64,000 nucleotides of DNA, taken from positions 163,439,741 to 163,503,740 of the forward strand of contig CM041465.1 in NCBI GenBank assembly GCA_023213395.1, read 5' to 3'. This DNA is from Cycas panzhihuaensis. Lineage: Eukaryota; Plantae; Cycadophyta. Under the pieces are notes generated by a model. The model did not search any database and was not told the DNA's origin. It worked only from the letters and a program-made list of their open reading frames with translations. The stretch's first letter is position 1; every line of letters starts with the position of its first letter. Below, piece after piece: positions 12,167 through 23,700 of this stretch. A program made the translations under genes and the position numbers.

Positions 12167-12560
12167 TAAGAGTCCAATACATTTTTTGCATCATTTAATT
12201 TACACTCAGCATCGCTAGTAGGCATTTTGAATTAAATCTTGAGATTTATCTCTTTCGAGACTCTTTCTGTAATCTAATATGCTATACGCTTTATAAGATA
12301 GCCCATGTGAGAATCATATGAATAGTAACGTAAAAGAATCCAAACCATACGAAGTGCATTCATCATAGGACTTATTGTTTCAAGAACCCTTGGCAAAGGT
12401 CCACTAGAAATTATCTTGAAATAATGCTCAAGAGTTGTTAAAAACTTCACATTGTCCTTTTCTTCTAAAAACATCTTTGAAATATCAGACATTAAGACAT
12501 AATATTTCACTAAGATTTTTTTCACCTTTTACATAGATTATCCTCACTTACATTAATAGG
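12167..12560 (-). pseudogene. Captured fragment of axonemal inner-arm dynein heavy chain (DHC1/DNAH10-like)
   Basis: SDISKMFLEEKDNVKFLTTLEHYFKIISSGPLPRVLETISPMMNALRMVWILLRYYSYDSHMGYLIKRIAY*ITERVSKEINLKI*FKMPTSDAECKLNDAKNVLDS*. The EAKDNVKFLTTLE and MMNALRMVWI motifs are those I recall for the I1-alpha/DNAH10 stem. Confidence 0.85.
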
Positions 12561-14454
12561 ATATCAACATATTACTTTTCTATTTTTTCTATTTTCATAT
12601 TGTTGTAAGGAATTACACATGTAAGAATCAAGTCCAATTCAGGGGCCAATTTAGGGTTTGCAGCCTAAACTCAAAGGGCCATCTTCACCAGTTACACATA
12701 AAATTTGTATATGCACATATCAACATAGGGATCAAACCTTTCTTGAAGAGTTGCCAAACGATTATGGCTTGAACCATTTTGGTTCCATTACTTGAACCAT
12801 TACTAAAACATTGAGAGATCCATCACGTTTCTCCTTTACAGGCATGATATTTCAAGGCAGAGGGATGACTTGTATAGTAACAAAGTATAACACTAACAGA
12901 CCCACTCCAACCAAATGACCCTGAGGTCCCCTAGTCGGTGATGCCAGTGGAAGAGCCATTTATACGATGCTTGAGATTCCAAATATTGTTCAGCCCGCTT
13001 TATGCGACATCGTATATCTTGCTGAAATTGAAGATCAGAAAGGACCATCATGGCAATGATAGCCACACTCAGACGTGACGCACTTAAAAAAAAAAAAAAT
13101 TGAACATTTTTAAAATATTTTTTACTTTACAAAGTTAAAAAAATTTATTTGTATTGTATAATATTTGAGATCTGGGGTTTAAAAGGGTATTAGCCCTTTT
13201 ATCCCTAGCCCCCAGTCTCATACTACCCCATCACATGACCCTTAACTTGTTTAAAAGGGTTTTTTTCAACTTTATCATATTTTTTGCTTTTTGCTTTTTA
13301 TATTTTTTTATTTTTTATTTCACATAGGGTACATGGTAAATTTTTGTTGTAACTTTTTACTTGGTCATCGGTTTCTGACGAAACCTATCCCATTACATCT
13401 GGAATTTTTTGAGGTATGATTTTGATTGGCCATATGACCTATTTGAAGCTGATTCGACCTAATTTCAGTCAGTTTAAAGTCAGTCATTCATTTTTAAAGC
13501 CATTGTGAACTATTTTCATAAAAACCATATTTTATTAGATTCTATTTTATCACCGGGTGATTATTTTCTACCCAAATCTATTCTACAGTTATTTATTATC
13601 AAAAAAATTTATTACCATCTATTTGTTTTATTTTTTAAGATTTATTTTAATCATTATTTTAATTAGTGAATGTGACACTTTAGCGCTTTTTAAATACTTT
13701 ACTATAAAAGTACTTGTTGCCATTTTTATTATAACTTTTCTATTTTACATTAGAATTCAGATCTGTCAGTTTCATTGGGAAGATGACTCACTCCTCTTTA
13801 AACTAACACTATTCTTTATAACTTTTAAAGTGTTTTATAGATTTTTAAATCTATCAAAGTTGAGGTACTTAATAGCCTATAATCTACTATTTTTACAGCT
13901 TTTTAAATATTATTTTTCAAGTTTTTCTTACTAAAAAGTATATGAAGTAGTTTTATAAACCATATTTGACCATTTTACATTGTTTTACAAGTTTTTATTA
14001 AGCATTTTTATAATATTTTGAGCCCTAAGCTCTTATTAAGCCTAAAAAAGAGGATTGTACCTTTGGTTCATCAAAATATTAACTTGCAGAAACCCATTTT
14101 CAAAACGGTCAATTCCATTGAATAGTTATTTCATTAATTTTCATACTGGTATAGTTTCACTTTATTATGACTTTGTTTAGTATAGCTTTGAAGCTACTAA
14201 ACTTAAACATCAAAGTATATCCTAGAAGGCTTATCTTAAGAACTTTTTATTTTTTTATCTTCAAAGTTTCAATTAAGACATAGTTACGAGGATCTTCATT
14301 ATATTTAAAATTTACTCATATATTCATTATATTTCTCATTTTATTTGAAATTATATCTTATAAGTTTGTCATATTTGTTGATTTATTGAGTTTTTTGACT
14401 TGGTAAAAGTATATTTCTTTTATGTACTAAAGCTTTTTGTAAAATGGAATTCAA

Positions 14455-15125
14455 TCTTAATAAAGTATAATTTCCTATTTTTGATGGCCATAAATTTTCA
14501 CTATGGCATAAAATAATGCAAAATTATTTTATTACACATGATCTTTATAATTACTTATAGGATGACTATGATGTTAATATTAAGGAAAACATAAAAAAAG
14601 ACAATGAAGCCTTAGCTTTACTATTTTACACTATAGATGATAATGTCTTTTCTAGAGTTCATGAATTAACAACTTCTAAATCTATGTGGGACGTCTTGAT
14701 TTCTACTTATGGGGGAGATACCCTTAATGAATTTAACATTGATGTTGAGTATGTGAGACATGTGCAAGAACAGATGGATTGTAATGAAAAGACTAGGGAA
14801 GATTCAAGTCAAATGCATGATCATCTTATTGCACAAGAACTTGATCCTCCATTTGATGGGTAGAGATATGATGATATATCAGTTACTCATAAAATAAAGT
14901 TTTCAGAAGACAAAGTTCTAGAAGTTAAAGTCAAAGTTGTAGCTACACATCTACATTTAAATCAAGCTTCATTTACTTCTAGATTTTTTGCACTACTGAA
15001 AGGTATAAGGACACACGTTGCTAAAAGGATGAGAAGAGTTGATAATGATCAAGCCAAAAGATAAATCTTCAAAATTTTTTTCAAGTACAAATTCCACAAG
15101 TTTAAAGGGAAGACATTGTTCATGA
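14455..15125 (+). pseudogene. Truncated Copia gag of element B with stop codons
   Basis: YNFPIFDGHKFSLWHKIMQNYFITHDLYNYL*...TTSKSMWDVLISTYGGD; homologous to 169-830. Confidence 0.7.
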
Positions 15126-17069
15126 TGATCATTAAGGGGGAGAATGTTGGGATTAATGCTCATCACCCCACTCCTACCTTCCAACCAAGAGTGCACACCT
15201 TAGTCTTATCAATTTACACATGTGGGTGCTCACATATGCAGGTAAGTATAATGTAAGATTCATTTGATTTAAGTTAATTTGAGCTAAGTTCATTGAAGTT
15301 AAGTTATTATTTTATTATTATTTAAATTTTAGAGGTTGAGGAGTTTTCCTCCTCCTCCAAACTATATATTTTAAGGGGTGTATAACCTCGGTGTCTTTAA
15401 ACACCGCATACTTTTAGATATTTGTAATGATCTCTCATAAAAATGGATTGAATACAAAAGCTCTTATGTTTATGCAACAATGATGCATTAATCTATGATT
15501 ATCTTGTTTATGTTCAACCTTATTATCCATCCATTATTTTTCTTATAGAGGAAGAGGAAGAAGAAATAACCTTCATTGCCATTCTATCAGCCAGCCTTCA
15601 AGACGAGGATATGTAGTACATTGACTCAAGAGCATCATAACACATAATAAGTAGAAAGGATTGGTTTGAGTCCATCAAAGCCTACTTCTCAAAATCAATC
15701 AAACTAAGAGATAAGTATCTTTTAGACATTAAAGGAGTAAGGGCCATTGCTATAAATTTATAAGGTTGTGTAAAGAAAATTGGTAATTTACTTTTTATAC
15801 TTGGGCTTAAAATGAATCTTTTATCAATGTCCCAATTGAGCAATAAGTACTTGAGGACTATATTTAATGAAAGCAACATGTGTTATGTATTAGATATAAA
15901 AAATGATGGTGTAGTCATTACTAAGGGGGTAAAATACAATGACTTGTATAAACTATTATCCATTCCTATTGATTTAAATATAGATGACAAAGCATTCTCT
16001 GTTATAAATTCTAATGATAATAATAAAGTATGGCATTTCAAGTATAAACATATTCGTGTAGATAAACTAGAAATGATGAAAAAAAAATATATTTAATGGG
16101 CTTCCTTCTATTTCATCAGAGAATTTTATTTGCAGGTTGTCAATTTGTAAATCAACATTATTTTCCCTTCAGAACTAATGAATGACATGCTCAAGAAAAA
16201 CTAAAGCTAATACTCATAGATTTACGTGGTCCTCTAATACCTCTGTTCATGAATAACTCTAGATAATTCTTAACTTTCACTGATGATTTCATTAGGAAGG
16301 TGTTAGCGTACTTTATTCATAATAAGTTAGAAATGTTTGATATATTTAAGGAATTCAAGGCTAAAGTAGAGTTAGAATTAGGATGTAAACTTAAATATAT
16401 CAGGTCTGATAATGGAGGTGAATATATTCTAAAAGAATTCCTAAACTATTGTAAAACTAAAGGTATATGAAGACATTTTATAACTCCCCATAAGCCTTAG
16501 TCCAACAGTGTTGTTGAACAAAAGAATATGACCATAATAGAAATGGCACATAACATGATTCATGGAAAACAAATCTCAAGAATTTACTGAGTTGAAGTAA
16601 TAAGTATAATATGTTATCTAATAAATCATAGCACAACCATAACATTACATCAAATAACACTTGGAGAAGGTTAGAAAAGAAGGAAGCTTGATATAAGTAA
16701 TTAAAAAGTTTTTGGTAGCCATGCTTTTATTCATATACTATATAAAAACAGAGCAAAACTTGATTCAAAATGCATAGAATGCATTATGATTCATTATAAC
16801 AAAAACTCAAAGGGATACGGGTTTATAGATCCCAAAACTAATAAAATTTATATAAGTATGGATATAGTATTTAATTAAGAAATCCCTACAGAGGTCAAAT
16901 CTCTAGTATAAATAATTGAGGAAGTATATAAGATTAAGCTTAAAAAAGAATCTCTTGATGAAGAACTATGAGTAACTATTGAAAATGATTTGTAAGAATA
17001 TGAATCCACTCCTCTCACTAAAGAAGAACAATCATAAGAAGAATTTCAATATCCTCATTAATGACTTGA

Positions 17070-19250
17070 CCCCTTTTCTTCATATTAAGGATATAACATT
17101 TTCTATTTTTATGAAAATTCACTCTAAGTATGTTTTTCTAAAAACTTTGACATTGAAAGAAGATTCTTCATCATGCCTAGCATAAATAACACATTTTTAA
17201 TTTTTTAAATTTCATGCCTAATCTAAATTGCTATGGTTCCTCTGCCTTTGATTTTTAGAGGGTGATTACCTCCCAACTCCATAGTCTTATTTTTTAGATA
17301 TGGTTGTAGGGATTTAAAGTAGCTTTCTCTACCTGTCATATGGTTTGATGTGCCAAAGTTAATAAACCAATTATTACTGTACTACATAGATGATACTAAG
17401 GTAGCAATGGAGGCAATCTCTTCACCATCTTTATCTTTTGATTGTTCTTTATTATAGTTACCTTTAACCCATTTACCCATAGAAATATCAAATCTTTTAT
17501 AGAAACAATTACTTCAGAGGTGTCTATACCTTTTACAATAGTAATATGGGTGGCTCTATATTATTTTATATTCTACTATAATGTCACTTGTTCTTTCACA
17601 ATGATAGCATACTTCAGTATCGAGTGATCTACCCCTTCCTTGTCCTTTGAAGAATCTTCCTATGTTGCTTCTTATTTTGAGTGATCTTACCCATACACTC
17701 TGTCCTCCTCTTTTACTAATTATAATCCTTGAGATAAAAGATTCTTCAACATATACTTCTTCTTCATACTTATAAGTTCCTTATTCCTATTAATACAGAT
17801 GTTTATCTCGAAAAACATATTTTGAGCTTGTCCTCCTATAGTAAGAGTATTCACCAAATTATCAAAGGATTTTGGTGGTTTATTAAGTACTAGATGAACA
17901 ATTTTAGTATCTAACATAGGCTCTCCGATAAAGGCTAGATTATCTCTGATTTCCACTAGTTTGGTGATTAAATTAATAACCTATTCTCCCTCTAATAAAT
18001 ATAGCTAGTAAAGCTATTCTCCTAGGGAAATATTGCAGGCTTCATTTTTTTGGATGAATATAAAAGATAGGGCATTCCATACTTCAATAGAAATAGAGGC
18101 TCTACTAATATGAGTTAGAATTGAATCACTAATAGATAGGGTGATTGTGGTTAAGGCTTGGTTGTCTCTCTCTTCCTAACTAATTTTTGTTATATCTACT
18201 GTGGTCAATTTTGCTTCTTTTATAGTGATTATTTTCTAAGTATTTTTGCAATCAAGAGTCCCTTCATTTTATTTTTTGATGTAATATAATTTGAGTATGT
18301 CGGCTTGTCTAACTCACTTAGTGAATATATTGAGGTCATTTTGGGATTTTAGAAGGCAAGAATAATGATTAGAATCTTTTTAATAGTTATTCTAGTTCTA
18401 GTCTATATAATTGTATATATGTATAGTTAAAAGTGTGGGTGTATAGATTTCAATAAAACTCCCTAAAATCATAGGTAATTAGGTCATATAAAAGGATCTA
18501 AAGTCAACTTTTGAATGGATTTCTAAATAGGGAGAAAAAATACTCTAAAACTAGAGCCATGATTAAAGTTTAAACTATAATTTTGCTTATAACTCAAAAA
18601 ATCTTAAATTGAATCTTTCAAATCTTACATTAAATAGGAAGCTTATAATGAAAGGATGATTTTAAGTTCACTTACATAATTAAAAATTTAAATAATTAAA
18701 AGGAATCTACTATGTAGGCTCCAAATTTACGTAACTATCTTTTCCTATTTTATTGCTTAATGGGATAGAATATGCAAAAGTGTCTTTAGAACAATGGACT
18801 CTACTTGGTGAGAGGTCTTTGATAGTAAATTTTTATCTCAATTTGAGCACTTTAAAAAGTTGTATATATAGGTTCATATGATTTCGTGTAATGTCTTATG
18901 ATTTTGCTTGGTACTTGATCTTAATCTTCATTCTTTTAATTTTTATCTTCTTACTTCTTTACTTGATTTTATATCCTTATGCCTTCTCACATTAATATTT
19001 TTCTACCCTAACTCACTGTATCAAACCTACTCTAATACCATGCTAGAAAAATTGAACTCAATTAAATTGAAGAGAGTGAAATTGATTTCTTCATTGATTT
19101 TGATATGAAAGATGTACTCTTTTATATATAAGTACTTTACATAATTGATATATATAAACAAAAATTATTAATATGACTAACAAGTGTTGGTAAAATATAA
19201 AGAGGGGATAATGACACCTAACCCTTATGATGAAACATTAATATTCTAAT
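17070..19250 (-). mobile_element. Degenerate Copia 5' part (LTR, PBS, gag, protease)
   Basis: CA-TGGTATTAGAG PBS on the minus strand at about 19030-19042, gag-like ORF 17720-17956, protease-like WFINFGTSNHMTG at about 17330-17370. Confidence 0.6.
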
Positions 19251-19599
19251 AGTCAAATTATGGATTAATTCCTATTTTACATAGCATATATGATTATAAA
19301 TAAAATGTGTAACCTTATAGTAGCTAAGGGCATCTACTTCTAAAGATGAATAACTCATCTCCTTTTCCACATTTTAAGATCCAAAAGCACTTGCATATAA
19401 GAACAACTAGTTTCTTGAGTTTGCATTTCATGCCTATAAGAGTTGTTGAACATATTTCGTGCAGAAAAGCATAATAGCTTTGTGTTTTAGTCATAACTTT
19501 CTCTCTCAATGTCTAAATTAAGTGAAAATTTGAGAGTAAGACAATAATTATTAAGTACACTTATTTATAAAATATTATTTGAATTATATGTTTCTAATT

Positions 19600-20716
19600 A
19601 TTTCATATTGTTACAAAAGAAAGACTTCTTATGGACCTAACTAAAGTGGTTTTAATGTTGGCCTTTCCTACACCTACTAATGTAAAATAGTTAAAAGGTT
19701 TTCATGGTCTGCCTAGATATTATAGAAAGTTTATAAAAAGGTATGCACAAATCATAAGTCCTTTGGAATAATTATTGGAAAAATAGATAGTTTGAAAATT
19801 GGGGAAGTTATAATAATTTATGTTTAATGTCTTGAAACAACAAGTTACTAAGGCATTCATTCTAAAAATTTCAGACTTGCATAACCCTTTCAATGTTTAT
19901 AGGGACAATTTTCCATATGTAATCAAGTATGTATAAACCCAATCAAGTGAGGGAAATATAGATCAACTAATCTACTTTGCTAGTAAAAAATATATAGAGC
20001 CATAAAGAAAATACTTCATAACAGAATGAGAAGGGTTATGTATGATTTATTCCATTCAAAAGTTTTGACATTATCTACTTACAAATCCATTTATATTTTT
20101 TATCAACCATTAAGCACTAAATATTTGGTTAAAAAACTAGTGTTATAGGGTTAGATAAGTAGATTGTTATTATTACTATAGGAGTTTTCTCTTAGGATTA
20201 TTATTTGAAAAAGAGCTATATATATTATTCCAAATTAGTTATTGAGGGTTCATATTAGAGAAGTTATGATAGGAATATATAATAATTTCCTAGATGTATA
20301 ACTATTTCAAGTAATAATAACACCTGAATAATATATATGGATTTTGAAATTCTTAATAATTGGTCAGATATCTATAAGATTAAAAAAGTTAAAAGATAAA
20401 TTTTGATAAAAGAGGCTTTACCATATCAATTGATTATAGAAGCACTATATAAGGGGCCTAATGAAATATGAGATTGATGTTATTTTATAACAAGCTCATA
20501 ACGGATCAGTAAGGCTCACCATGGCTAATGTGATAATAAGAAAAATCTTACTCTTTAGATTGTGGTGGCCAATATTATTTTGAAATGTATAACTATGGGT
20601 TAATAGATATGTTTCCTATTAAAGAATTATAAGATCAATATGTAAGGTATTCTTTCCCTTATATCCTATCTTATCTTAGTTGTCATTTAAAAATGGGGGC
20701 TAGATTTTAAAGAAGA
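19600..20716 (+). mobile_element. Degenerate Gypsy pol (RT end, RNase H, integrase start), left part
   Basis: GFHGLPRYYRKFIK and KF*HYLLTNPF motifs; ends at integrase KWGLDF directly before the inserted LTR. Confidence 0.7.
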
Positions 20717-23700
20717 TGATAAGGGTAGCCTACAAGGAAAAGATTCTATCTCACATGCACAAACTTAAAAATAAGAAAGATCCAAAGAAAAAAAAGTCTA
20801 AAGAATAAAGATAGTTATTTTACCTTAAATTCCATTCCATTCTATTCAAATCTACTAAAAGACAGTATAAAATTACATTTATATAAGTAAAAGTAGGAAG
20901 TCTAGAAACTTCTAACCCTAGCTCTAAAAACTCCTTAATTATATAAAATACTAGATAAATCCATACTTTTAAGTTAATTCCTACTAAGAAAAGCTAAACC
21001 ACTAAGGATCATTACATAAAAATAAAAAATAGTCTAAAATTAGCTACTATTTTTAGACTTATAAAATAAATCTTAAAATTTAAGTATTTTTAGAGTATTT
21101 TTTGGTATGCAAACTTTGGGCCTATGATGGGCCTTTGGCCCTATCTTAGGTTAATTTTTCCTATTCTTCTCAGATAGACCTTTAATTTGGCCCTGGAAGG
21201 ACTGAATTTTGACCACTGAGTCAAAAGTTATGCTTCAATCAATAGACCATAAAATTTAGACCAAAATAACTAAAAAAGTAAAAAATAAATGGAGTTATGA
21301 TGAAGGTCTAGATTCTCCTATATCATCCTCCCTAAGTTGAAAATAATTATTTTCTTATAAATTCTTATTATAAATTTCTCTCAATTTGTTAAGATTCAAC
21401 TGCTTCAGTTCTTCTTTGGTTATCCATGTATTATCTACTTATAGTAGACTTTTTTGCTACATTATGTACTTATTATAATTTCCCTATTATATACTCATTA
21501 TCTTCATATCTAATATCTACTCAATTTCTTCTTACTTCTTCCTTAGCATTTGGGGCTCTAACTTGCCACTTTGGTTTTATAATCCACATTTTCATCTCCA
21601 TCATAATATGCATATAAATCTAAAACATTGAAAATATGACAGATATCAAAGTGTTTAGGAAGATCCACCTCATATGTATTATCATTAATCCTTTTTATAA
21701 TCTAACATGGGCCAACCATTTTATATTTAAGCTTGTTGTAGGTCCCTTGGGGGAATCTATCTTTTCTTATGTAAACCATTACTAAATCACCTTATTCAAA
21801 TATCTTATATCTACAAATCCTATCTACTGCTTTCTTGTACTTTTTATTGGTGTCCTATAACTTTTTCCTTACCTCCTCATGAACCTATTATATATTCTTT
21901 ATATAAGCTATTGAATCATCATTCACATATTCCTCAATAGGTAGATGCACTAATTCTAGTATACCCTTAGGGTTTTTACCATACATAACTTGAAAAGATG
22001 ACTTACTTATCGACCTATTTACAAAACTATGATATGTAAATTCTACTTGGGCTAATGCTAAATCCTACTATTTGGGTTTCTTACCAATAATAAATCTTAG
22101 TAAGTTTCCCAAACTTTTGTTTATTACTTCAGTCTACCCAATAATTTGTGGATGGTAGGCACTACTAAACTGAAATTTTATTCTCAACTTCTTCCATAGA
22201 GTCTTCTAGAAATAGAACTTTATGTCATGATCTAAAGTGATAGCCTTAGGAATGCCATGTAACCTTGCAATCTATTTAAATAATAAATCTACTATTCTAA
22301 CAACATCATTTATCTTCTTGTATGTAATAAAATGAACCATTTTTGAAAAGTGATCAATGACAACAAAAATTAAATTATTACCTTTTCATGTATATGGTAA
22401 TCCTAATATAAAGTCTATGCTTAAATCTATCCATGGTCCTTCAATTATTGGTAAGGGCATATATAAGCCAATATTCTATGCATGTCCCTTAGCCATTTTC
22501 TATATCCTATAATGTGCCATAAATCTCGCCATATCACCCTTTATATGAGGCCAAAAATAATTTTCTTTTACTAGAGCTATGATTTTATTTCAGCCAAAAT
22601 ACCCTCCAAGACCTCCACTATGTAACTCTCGTATGATGTTCTCTCTCATGGAGCCCACTGGGATGCATAATTATCTTTTCTTAAATAGATAGCCATCCTA
22701 TATAAAGTAATTATTATAGGAAGAACTACCTCCCTCAATTAGAGGATTCTTATAGTGCTTAGAAAAATTTCCAAAGTTATGGTTTAAGTCATACAAATCC
22801 TTAATGGCTTCAAATCATATCACCTTATTTACCATGGTGGTCAATAATTCCACTCTCCTACTCAATGCATCAACAACATGATTCTGTTTTCCTAATTTAT
22901 ACTTTAAGATAATTGTAAAGCTTTGGAGATAAGATAACCACTTAGCATGCTTAACATTTAATTTACTTTGGGTATTTACATACCTCAAGTCTTAGTGATT
23001 AGTGAATAGGATAAATTCCTTAGATATGAGGTAATACCTCCAATGTCTTAAAGCTTGGACAATTGCATAAAATTCCAAGTCATAAGTTGAATACCTTCTT
23101 CTTACCTCATTAAACTTCTCACTATAAAATACTATAGGTCTTTCTTCTTGGCTAAGCACTACTCCAATTGCAATATGTAAAGGATTATAATCAACCTCAT
23201 ACACATTTTCAAAGTTTGGCAGTGCAAGGATTGATGCCTTAACTACCTTTTTCTTTAAGAGTTGGTGTTAGGATACCATTCCTTAATGACAATTGCACAC
23301 CAATATAACAAGAAAATAACTCCAAAGAGCACTTGTATTGCAATACCCTTCGAGGGGATAACCTCCCAGTTACATGCAATAATAATGATATTTAAGATAC
23401 CATACTCTAAGGATTACATAAATATATATATGGCTCTATGTTTACTGCCCAACCTCCTCCTTATGCATGTAGGATATTACATGAATATATGTAGTACTCA
23501 ATGACCACTACACAACCTTCTACTTATGCATATGGGATATTAAGAAAAGGGAAGAAGTAGAAGAAATAAAGATATAAGAGAGAGAAGAAGTAGAAGATAT
23601 AAGAGAATATAAGAGAAGGTAAGTTAGGGGTTGGATCCCTAATAAAGTCCCCCAATTAAAAAAGCTTTGCCCTCAAAGCTTGGTGATCTCAGGGTGCTCC

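Larger units (their letters stand above)
10550..15547 (+). mobile_element. Complete non-autonomous gag-only LTR retrotransposon copy B with host cargo
   Basis: LTRs at 10550-10940 and 15145-15547, perfect 5-bp TSD GAGGA (10545-10549 and 15548-15552), eroded PBS at about 10943, PPT TTAAGGGGGAGAA before 15145. Confidence 0.92.
8031..17060 (+). mobile_element. Degenerate Copia element (5' LTR, gag, protease, integrase; 3' truncated), interrupted by a solo LTR and by element B
   Basis: LTR about 8031-8294 plus PBS TGGTATTATAGC at 8295. Gag DKLTRNNYHIW at about 9020 continues at 9822-10500 with eroded CCHC knuckles. Protease (W)YIDSRAS and integrase IRSDNGGEY follow after 15548. Confidence 0.75.

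Noticed and set aside
12167-12560. Exon of a genuine dynein gene with giant introns spanning the window
   Set aside because: It contains in-frame stops, lies inside a TSD-flanked LTR element, and an overlapping copy occurs on the opposite strand in a sister element.
13557-13934. Hydrophobic 125-aa ORF resembling a membrane or envelope protein
   Set aside because: Product of T-rich spacer sequence; no comparable ORF on the corresponding strand of element A.
1-15547. One giant DNA transposon with long terminal inverted repeats, or a segmental inverted duplication
   Set aside because: Each arm has its own LTR/PBS/PPT structure, B has its own TSD, and similarity stops at the LTR ends.
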